The position numbers were made by a program, and so were the translations under genes. 64,000 nucleotides of DNA from positions 53,606,546 to 53,670,545 of the forward strand of contig NC_068994.1 of NCBI RefSeq assembly GCF_001194135.2, given 5' to 3'. The notes beneath the pieces were generated by a model that was given only the letters and a program-made list of their open reading frames with translations, ran no database searches and had not been told where the DNA came from. The DNA is from Octopus bimaculoides. Its lineage: Eukaryota. Shown piece by piece: positions 12,801 through 21,400 of this stretch. Within the stretch, counting starts at the first letter, position 1; every line of letters begins with the position of its first letter.

Positions 12801-15800
12801 TTAAAAATAAACAGATACACATACCAGCAGAAGGGAAAGTAGATATGATAGTTACTTAGACAGACAAATTGACAGCCAGGTAGGTAGACTATCTTACTGA
12901 TATATCCAAAGAATTTTATTAATCTCATGCCTATGCATGCCTTTCAAATTGCATTCAGTTCATACAGTTTATAAAGTATTTTCTGTGATCATATACATGC
13001 CATTCATATTGCATTCAGTTCATCCTAATACTTGACCAGTTCATTATATTATAATGGGAGACAAGGTTCTGGATAGCGGTTGAATATCGCCTTTCTCCCA
13101 TTAATTTCTTATTCTTCATGCTGTTAAGGCTCCAGCAGTCGAGTAAAGAAGTATCAGGCTAAACGCAGGTTCTCCATTAGTTTTTACTTACAATATATAC
13201 ACATATGTGGTATGTTGCTCTTTTGCAGCCATTTCATGCGGTATGTATTCATCGCTCTCCATTACGCGGGCCATGGTCTCAGGAGATACGACAAGCGGAC
13301 TAGCCTTGTGCTTTTCGTCACCTGGACTACATTTCCCAGTTCACGAGTGACATTTGGCACATACCTAGAACAGAAAACGTGACTGTTGACGCACTCTCTT
13401 TCTTGTGCCTGCTCCAATTATTCTGTTTTTGCACTGCCGTACTCAGTGGGGAGCCCTTATAGCGGCCCAAGCAGTCAGCGCCATATTGGGTGAGATCTCG
13501 CAGCAGCTGTTGCCATCTCCGAGACTGGAGCGAGACCTCACCTGCATCCATTTGCCATGTGCAAGCTCACAACGAGGCTCATGATGGCAAACTATATAAA
13601 AGGAAGAAACCACAAGGTTTGATCTCTTTTTTCCCCCCCGCATCTGCTCGCAGAGCACACTTCACTGGCTGGGCCCCTAGGCTAATCCGCTTGTCGTCTC
13701 TCCTGTGGTAATGGGCCCCCGTAACAGAGAACAACAAATTCATACCGCATGAGATAGCTGCTGAGAGGAACGTACCGCCCCTTTGTATATATTGTAAATA
13801 AAAACTAATGGAGAATCTGCGTTTTGCTTAATACTTCTTTACTCGACTGCTGAAGCCTTAAGCAACATGAAGAATAAGAAATTAATGGGAGAAAGGCGAT
13901 ATTCAACCCATATCGAGAACCTTGCCTCACATTATAAATCAATAGATTGCCTGACTAAATGTCTTGAGCTTTCTTAATCACCCTATGACTCTTCAACTAA
14001 AAACCAAATATAAACTTGGACCTAAGAGGTCAATGTTCAATAAAGTAAATAACTAGGGTTGATTTAATTGATACATTATTCTAGTCCTATCTACTAAAGA
14101 TGGTTTGATCACTTCAAAAGAAATCAATATTGTATATGAATAACCTTATACACTTGTTTTTGGAGTTTTTTTTTTTTCCCCCTTTCAGAGTGGTCGTACA
14201 GCATATGAAATGGCTGTTTCTCTTGAAAAAAGGGTAAGTAAATTTTAAAGATGGAATGGGTCATCTTCATGCTTTTTACATCATCCCTGATTGAATAGCC
14301 TCTACAATCATTTTCTTACAATTAGTTTGGGAGCTGTTAACAGGAATACTTTCAGAAAGCATTTATAAGCATCTTGACAACCAGAATTTACTTCCAGAAG
14401 AACAGAAAGGTTGCAGGGAGAAGGCTAGAGGAACACATAATCTAACATACATTGACAAAGCAGTTTTAAAATAAGTGAAATCTAGAAAAAGTTTAACAAT
14501 AGCAAGGACAGATTATAAGAAAGCATATGACATGATTCTACATTTATAGATAAGTGAATTCTTGAGAATTTTCAGTATTGCAGACAACATAAGAGAGTTA
14601 ATTAGCTATAGCACGAAGAAATGGAAATTAGATCTTTACTCAGATGATACAGCCTTTGGGAAAGTTAATACCGTGAGAGGAATTTTCCAGGAGACTTCTT
14701 ATACACTTTAATGTTTGTGTTATGTTTAATCCCCCTCAGTTTAGCATTAAGAATTCAAAGGTAGGGTGTCAGTTTAGAGATAATAAAGATAAAAATTAAC
14801 CATTTGCTCTACATCGATGACTTGAAGCTCTTTAGTAAAAATAAAAAGTGATAGATTCTTTAATACAAACTGTAAGATGCTTAAGCAAAGATATAGGTAT
14901 GAAATTTGTCATAGATAAGTGCACACTACTAATCATAAAAAAGGGAAAGGTAGTCAGCAGTGAAAGCATTCAGTTACCAGACGACCAGACATTAAAATCA
15001 CTGAAAGGAGAAAGCTACAAGTATCTAGGAGTATTAGAATCTGACAGAATACTAACTATAGAAATGAAAGAGACTAATACTTTGTTATCAACAAAAAGAA
15101 CAGCAAAGTTGGGATTTGAACTTAGAACATAATGAGCAAGAATAAATAACACAAAGCATTCTGGCTAACTCTTTAATAATTCAACCAACTTGTCTTTATA
15201 ACAGCAACAGTAATGTTTTCTGGTTTAGGCACAGTTTTGAGGGGAGGGGATTAGTTAATACCATTGATCCCAATGCTAGATTAGTACTTTGTTTTATTGA
15301 CCATAGAGAGATGAAAGGTAAAGTTGATCTCAGTGAGATCTGAACTCTGAATGCAAAGATTCAGTGCAAATAACACAAAGCACTTTTTCTGATATTCTAA
15401 TGACTGTGCTGATCCAATAATAGATATTTATAGTGTTAGTGTTAATGGTGTAGGAATAGTAGCTCCATTTTACTAATCAGCTTTGCTTCTGAAGCTCAAT
15501 GGCAACAGATGTGCATAATTGTTAATTCGTATGATTGTGGTTGGATATGGATTTGAGAAGGTCATAGCCCAATTATTGCATTCCTAGACTTATAATGGAA
15601 GGCATTGCAGATGTGACCATCATGTAGAATATGACTTGAAGACAATTTGACTGCACAAAGGCTATCATCTTGTTGAATTGTTAGTTTCTTGAATATGTTG
15701 GTACATATCATACACTTACTCAGATTTCTCCTGACACTGATTTATATGTTGGTACATATTTGGTTTGTTGTAGATGATGTTCTTACTTTTTTTTCTTCAT

Positions 15801-15864
15801 TTGCCAGAAAATTATAGATACCATGGAGAAATTTATGAAAAAACGTGGAATAAAATTTTTCTAA
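3152..15864 (+). CDS. FANK1: FANK1-like protein, copy 1 (FN3 + ankyrin repeats); 9 coding exons found, 5'-most coding exon not located
   Basis: Exons 3152-3335, 4482-4609, 6034-6115, 6591-6665, 8745-8810, 9548-9762, 11237-11406, 14189-14233, 15808-15864 splice in frame with GT-AG. Translation has FN3 motifs (HYSVHLDW...VYTGYG...DLKPYQEYLFRIR...WSP) then ankyrin repeats (GLSALM, GKTALMHAC, DLGGSSPLHYA, EWMIKDGADV, AGWTPLIRC, GKTCLMVAV). Domain order and motifs match vertebrate FANK1 as I recall it. Confidence 0.9.
4482..4609 (+). CDS. FANK1: FANK1 copy 1 exon B (FN3 C-half)
   Basis: tttatag|GGGATAT ... GAAA|gtaagt; GYGENTIVEDLKPYQEYLFRIRFHRSDNNYTNWSPPIKVITE. Confidence 0.9.
4800..5390 (-). 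mobile_element. 5' UTR region of an RTE-like LINE
   Basis: GC-richer insert resembling RTE-clade 5' UTRs as I recall them; several hairpins; no ORF. Confidence 0.4.
6034..6115 (+). CDS. FANK1: FANK1 copy 1 exon C
   Basis: ctatag|AAGAACC ... TCAGG|gtaaa; EPYYGESLHKAIRNRRSSEVENVLKSG. Confidence 0.88.
6591..6665 (+). CDS. FANK1: FANK1 copy 1 exon D (ankyrin)
   Basis: ttacag|AACTGTC ... ACTGA|gtaagt; TVKIDVPDNQGLSALMNTAKRGQT. Confidence 0.9.
8745..8810 (+). CDS. FANK1: FANK1 copy 1 exon E
   Basis: tttcag|TATTATG ... ACAGC|gtaagt; IMEMLLSFNASVNGKDESGKTA. Confidence 0.9.
9548..9762 (+). CDS. FANK1: FANK1 copy 1 exon F (ankyrin repeats)
   Basis: cctcag|TTTAATG ... TGTG|gtgagt; overlaps ORF 9552-9788. 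Confidence 0.92.
10660..10931 (+). mobile_element. Helitron 3' end fragment (PIF1-type helicase C-terminus + CTAG terminus)
   Basis: ORF 10637-10855: FEKVDICLPVFSHGQLYVALS...TKNLVIKELL; ends CAGCTAG|T at 10931. Confidence 0.8.
11009..11155 (-). mobile_element. RTE LINE 3' end with (CAT)n tail
   Basis: catcatcatcgtttaacgtccgctttccatgccagcatgggttggacg, reverse complement of 50400-50518. Confidence 0.75.
11237..11406 (+). CDS. FANK1: FANK1 copy 1 exon G (ankyrin repeats)
   Basis: tttcag|CTTCAC ... TCTACG|gttagt; overlaps ORF 11218-11466. Confidence 0.9.
12060..12310 (+). mobile_element. CR1/Jockey-type LINE ORF2 3' remnant
   Basis: Degenerate frame with LWNSLPAHVFP near 12230. Confidence 0.5.
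13049..13937. mobile_element. Foldback/MITE with ~260-bp imperfect terminal inverted repeats
   Basis: 13049-13310 is the reverse complement of 13675-13937 (e.g. caggagatacgacaagcggactagcc / ggctaatccgcttgtcgtctctcctg); both ends TTATAA. Confidence 0.85.
14189..14233 (+). CDS. FANK1: FANK1 copy 1 exon H (45 nt)
   Basis: tttcag|AGTGGT ... AAAAGG|gtaagt; SGRTAYEMAVSLEKR. Confidence 0.88.
14305..15075 (+). mobile_element. Decayed non-LTR retrotransposon RT, R4/Dong-like
   Basis: Broken frames: HLDNQNLLPEEQKGCRE, DYKKAYD, RGIFQ, INHLLYIDDLKL, DIGMKFVIDKC, YKYLGVLESD. Confidence 0.8.
15808..15864 (+). CDS. FANK1: FANK1 copy 1 last coding exon I
   Basis: ttgccag|AAAATT; KIIDTMEKFMKKRGIKFF*; homologous to 37760 and 57722. 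Confidence 0.8.
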   Translation, partial: KIIDTMEKFMKKRGIKFF

Positions 15865-16066
15865 GGAGTGAAGCGGTAATGTTAACACGGCATTGATTAA
15901 GGTATGTACCTGTTTGCATATTCTTAGACATTTCTTTCTTGGAACTTCTTCTAGCCTTTCTTTCCATCTCTTAATTTATCTATCTATATATATAAAGATG
16001 AGAATGTGTGTCTCTGTGTGAATCCCTAAAACTTGAAAACTACACAACCAAGCAGCATCATGCCAC

Positions 16067-16615
16067 CCCATGTCTTTGAACAGGGCATTAGGCTCAATTC
16101 AGATGGCTATGTGAAACTGCTGGAGACTGCAGTCAAACTCTGGCAGGAGAGAGTTACTGCTGGAAGGCCACGTGTGTAGCAGAAGGGTTCAGCTCCTTGT
16201 CATACCTCCAGAAAGAGTCAGTAGTGGTTGTTAGAGAATTTGTACAACTTGACCAGCCCCAATTTCTGGCCTCGTAATTCCCTCAATTGTAATCCCATGG
16301 ATTACTATGTGTGGGGCATGGTTGAGAAAGACACCAGTTGTTCTGTCTAAAACACCAAGGCCAAGCTGATGGTTAAGATCAAGGAAGTGTTCAAAGACCT
16401 TCCAAGGGACACAGTGAGGGATGCATGCACCCGGTTCTAGAGTTGTCTTGAGGTTATGATGAAAGCTGAAGGCAGGTACTTTGAGTAAAGTGTTATTTCC
16501 TCACCATAATTTAGTTGATGTTTTTTGAATTTTTAAAAATACTTTTAGGTTTGGTTCGGATATAGTGTTTTCTTTTCCTTTTATATGAACCATCAAATTT
16601 AGCCCAAACACCCTG
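16067..16615 (+). mobile_element. Tc1/mariner transposase C-terminal remnant with right TIR
   Basis: SAPCHTSRKSQ, FWPRNSLNCNPMDYYVWG, ...EGRYFE*; ends caccctg|TA. Confidence 0.8.
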
Positions 16616-16839
16616 TATGTATGTGTGTTAAGATAAGTAAATAACCAATGTATACATATTAATAAATTTGATCCTGCCTTCTTTCATTCACTGTCAAAGG
16701 TGTTTATTTGGATGAAAGAGGGATCTTGAAATTGCTCTCTGTATGGAAAGAAATACTTGAAATTTCCCACTGTTGCTTTGTAAATGTATTTTTTGATTAT
16801 TCATAAACCTCATTTTTTTTTTTTTTTCTAATTTATCAG

Positions 16840-17200
16840 AATTGTAATGGTAACAAACTCAACAAGCTGGACATGCATTCGAAGAGACTTTCCTTTTCAG
16901 TCACAATATCTGTATATCTTCATATAATGGATTGAATCAAATCTTGCCCATTTGCCTGCAGTCACAGAATCTATTTGACATGGTTTAAATTGTTAAATCT
17001 GTCCAAACAATGTGTGTCACTGAATCTTCCAGTTTTAATGGCATCAAGTTTTGTATATTTTTGTTTTCTCAACTTCAGCCAGCAGAAGCAGACAATATTT
17101 GTGTAACAACTTATGTATTTTTATCATGTGAAAATTCTAGCCTATTCCAAAAAAACTGTTATGATAAAGTTATTTTCCTCACCAATAAATTGTCATATAC
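16840..17200 (+). other. Putative terminal 3'UTR exon of copy 1 with AATAAA at 17184
   Basis: Acceptor ctaatttatcag|aattgt is shared with 59230 in copy 3, and the downstream sequence aligns with 59231-59620. Confidence 0.6.
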
Positions 17201-17254
17201 AAAATAAAATTATTATTATTATTATCCAATTGATTTGCATTTTATTTCATCTGC

Positions 17255-17500
17255 TCGGAAATTTCCAGGAAGTAAATCTTCCCCCTCATCCACTTCCTTG
17301 GAACTTTCATCCCCTCCTCGGAACTTTGCAGGAAGTAATTTCTCCCACTCCTCCCATTCCTTGGAACTTTCCAAGAAGTAATTCGCCCCTCATCGGAACT
17401 TTCCAGGAAGTGATTCCTCCCCTTCTCCCCTTCCTTAGAACATTTCAGGAAGTAATTCGCCCCTCCCCCGTAACTTTTCTGGAAGTAATTTTTCCCCTCC
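17255..17500 (+). repeat. Minisatellite, ~7 degenerate units with core GGAACTTTCCAGGAAGTAATT
   Basis: Directly visible, units of ~25-50 bp separated by C-rich spacers. Confidence 0.9.
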
Positions 17501-18195
17501 TCCATTTATTAATCACTTTTGATTCAAACTTTGTATGAATAACATGAGAATTTTATATTCTCAAATAATATATGCTTATACAAGAAAATTTTAATTAGTA
17601 TTATGCAATCGTTGACAGGTTTAATAAAGCCACAAAAATGAACTTCATTTAATTTATGAACATTTTAGAAAAAGTATGTTACTTTTAATAGCTGAAGTTA
17701 TACTGAAACAGCCAGCAGAATAAAACAAAGAATCCATCAAAAGCAAGAGAATCTGAATGCTGCAGGACCATCACAGCTTCAGCGTTTCAATGAGATAGAA
17801 AAGTTATAGAAAAAGGTAAAGAAGCGGGTGGGGTGGGGGATTCAACAAAAAAGGAAATTCAGGAATTCGAGTGAACGGTATGATTATCTAGCTAAATAAC
17901 CGGAAGCGATTTCATTATTTATCTGAGGTTTCAAGGTTAACAGAAGGTAAAATACATTCTAAGTTGGGGGAAAGAGGTACATGTAGGGCTGCTAGAGGTG
18001 GAATTTGAACTTAGAACGTAAAGGCGAACGAAATGCCGCTAAGCGCTTTGCCCGGCGTGCAAAAGACTGTCAGAATAATAAAGATGTTTAAAAAGCGTTT
18101 CTAACCCATGCACATATATATTAAGAGAGCGAGCGAGAGAGAGAGAGAGATGTGTGTGTTTATATATGTGTATGCGTCAGTGAGTATGTATACCT

Positions 18196-18422
18196 ACGTA
18201 ATAAACCTCGTGCATGCTTTCTCTAAAAACAGCGTCTTGTTTGCGGTTTTTCTGATTCATTTCGTTGTCAACTGCCAGTTTATATGCTCGGTTGACATTT
18301 TCTTTTACTTTAGTCTATGAGTACCCGGCTTTCCATGAATGAAAGGGGACTAGTAGTTATCAACTCGGTAACTCACTCATCATAAATATATGTATTTTTT
18401 ATATACCCTGTAATGCCAACAA
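18196..18422 (+). promoter_or_regulatory. Putative promoter / first exon of copy 2
   Basis: Aligns with 43830-43990, including an identical 18-mer AAAACAGCGTCTTGTTTG (18226-18243 vs 43864-43881) with a forkhead-type TGTTTRY core. Confidence 0.5.
18413..18422 (+). CDS. FANK1: Putative first coding exon of FANK1 copy 2 (ATG CCA ACA A|gtagga)
   Basis: Supplies the phase-1 junction required by exon A. Lies in a block (18196-18500) homologous to 43830-44100 upstream of copy 3, where a donor is at the same position. Confidence 0.55.
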
Positions 18423-21400
18423 GTAGGAAAAATTTATATTTTTTTGTTTATTGTTTATATTTAATTAATGTTTCCTATATTGTTTACATTTAATTAATAC
18501 CAGTTCAACATAGTAATGTTGTTTATTTGGCGGAGGTAAAAAATACGTACACCACCCGTTTTCGGCGTAACAAAAGCACTAACCCTAAACACCGGGTGTA
18601 CGTATTTTTTACTTTCGCCGTTTATTTTACGCTTTTGCTTTGTTTTTTAGTGGGGGGTGAACGAGCTGAGAAGGGAGTTTCTATGAATGAATTCGTTCGA
18701 CCTTCCATAAATAGCAACTGAATCTCAAGTATATTTTACCGTTTTAAAAATATGAAGGACTCGCTGGATAATATAATCCTCGATGCACTATGTCTGGAAA
18801 AGGAAAGGATTGTCATGGCTGTAATGCCTTTTCCGATGAACACTTTCTTGCCTAATCTAAAATATTACGGATCAGGACGCCCACATGAGTTGGATTTTTT
18901 CCGCTTTGACGGGGATTTTTCCAATTTATTTTTCACTACACCCTGAGTTTCTTATCGCGAGCCACTTTGAATATTTTCATGGAATAATTTGAGCATAATA
19001 AAATCATTGAAATTAAACTAAAAGAGCCTAATTTAATGAAATATCAAATAATGCAACCTAACAGAAAGTAATAAGTTAATGTATGAACGATTTCAACGGG
19101 TTCTTGATTTACAAGGATTTGTGTATCTCCTTGCCCACTGGATTGCATCTCCTTGATTTTCTCGGAGCAGATCCTAAGATCACCCTTTGCCGCTTCTTCA
19201 GCCATTCTGACCACCGTCTGCTGGCGTATTGAGCGTAACTCTGCCAGGAGTGCTATGTCAACAGCATAGTCCAAATCCGTTAGACGTCTGCCTGAAGTCC
19301 ACTGTATTCCGGCAGATGGTTCATTTATGGCTCTCTGCAAGACCGATAACCAGACACGTTGGACAATCGGCGACCCTTCATATTACGGCCATAAGCTTCA
19401 AAGTATGAAGAGAAGCTAGAATGTAACAGAAACACATCGTTAAATGTTCTAAAGAAACAATAATCTTTCAAATCTGTTTATCTACCAATATTCTTTCAAG
19501 TATAAAGATGTAATTGTATGAAACATTTATCCCCAAATACAACATCTGTTTCAACACACGATTTCACATCAAAAATCTTACAAAACAAATATATAAACGG
19601 AACAATCATAGTATTGTTTTCGGGTAACTTCTCCAGATTATCCATAGACAAGTGACAAAACAGGAATTTCACCTGCACTTAACTCTCAAATACAGTATCG
19701 ACGGTACTGTGCTAGCCTGAAACTCAGTTTTGCAACACCCGTCCCTCAGTTCTATGTTAGTAGATCAAAACACAATTACACATTTTATTCTCAGAACATT
19801 TCATATATAATATATATATTTATTTATAAAGCATTACTGTTTGTTTCTTCAGAAAATTTTTATGGCTTTATTTTTATCCCCCCGTTTTCTGATGTGGAAC
19901 TTAATTACAACTCACTCACTCTCTCGGCAGACCTTAAGACGAATCGAACTCAGGAGATTTTCGATTGTACATATTTGTTCTATGAGATTTCTATTATTGA
20001 ATACACCCGTTTTTTGTTGTAGCTCGATTAATGTAAACGCTTAAATAGTCTTTTATATCATGCCTTCGTATTAAATTAATAGTTAGTCATATTGTTCTGC
20101 AAGTGTAGTGGTGCGTGTGGCCGCCATCTTAGGAAGTGCCATTGTGCATGTGCAAGGGATTTGCCGTCAGCGGAAGTACCCGAGCACGCATGCGCAATGC
20201 AACAGGTGGAGAAAAACCAATAGCGTTCGCGCTCTTTTCTCTCTAGCAGCGGTGGCGACAACACGTATCTCTTATCCATCCAGCAGCCGTCGTGACAGGA
20301 CGTCTTCCAGGCTCTGTCCCAACTCGACCCCGACATGTGGTCGAAGCTTTCTTTGGTATTCTAGCGGCATGCCTATTCACCCAGGAACTAAACGGCTCTA
20401 CACCAACCTAGAATAAACTATGTTCTGTTGTTACCGTTATAACTGGTGACCCCCGACGTGATAACGGAATNNNNNNNNNNNNNNNNNNNNNNNNNNNNNN
20501 NNNNNNNNNNNNNNNNNNNNNNNNNNNNNNNNNNNNNNNNNNNNNNNNNNNNNNNNNNNNNNNNNNNNNNNNNNNNNNNNNNNNNNNNNNNNNNNNNNNN
20601 NNNNNNNNNNNNNNNNNNNNNNNNNNNNNNNNNNNNNNNNNNNNNNNNNNNNNNNNNNNNNNNNNNNNNNNNNNNNNNNNNNNNNNNNNNNNNNNNNNNN
20701 NNNNNNNNNNNNNNNNNNNNNNNNNNNNNNNNNNNNNNNNNNNNNNNNNNNNNNNNNNNNNNNNNNNNNNNNNNNNNNNNNNNNNNNNNNNNNNNNNNNN
20801 NNNNNNNNNNNNNNNNNNNNNNNNNNNNNNNNNNNNNNNNNNNNNNNNNNNNNNNNNNNNNNNNNNNNNNNNNNNNNNNNNNNNNNNNNNNNNNNNNNNN
20901 NNNNNNNNNNNNNNNNNNNNNNNNNNNNNNNNNNTATTGTCTTAAAGGAAAACACACAAAGAAAAAAAATTATTTTTATTCTTAGTTTAAACTCTGCAAA
21001 TACTGACTTTGCTTTTCAGCCCTATAAGTTTGATAGGACAAGTTTCACTGATGCGTTTTAGGTGAGGTTGGAGGTGGCTTGTGTAGTTACTTACACAGTT
21101 ATCCATACAATTTTGTGTTTATTTCTGCCATCCTAATTTTAACTTTAAATTCTTTTTTTCTACCTGATCAGATAACATTTCGGTCGCAGAGCCTGATGTG
21201 ACTTCTTCCAACCATTATTCTGTACATCTTGATTGGTCTTCCTCTCTGCTCCAGTTCAAATACAACATTCTAAATGAAACTGAGAGAATCTACACCATTA
21301 CACAGCAATCTGAAGGTCATGTTGAACAAGAAGATGGCTGGAAAGATGTATATATGTATGTACACTAACATGTACTGTTTTATCTAGTTGGATAGTTAAC

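Noticed and set aside
17255-17500. CRISPR-like repeat-spacer array
   Set aside because: Eukaryotic locus; units are degenerate, spacers are related C-rich tracts and there are no cas genes.
20108-20416. 102-aa ORF or gag-like DPDMW peptide
   Set aside because: Lies within the LTR, upstream of the PBS, so it cannot be gag; no recognisable domain.
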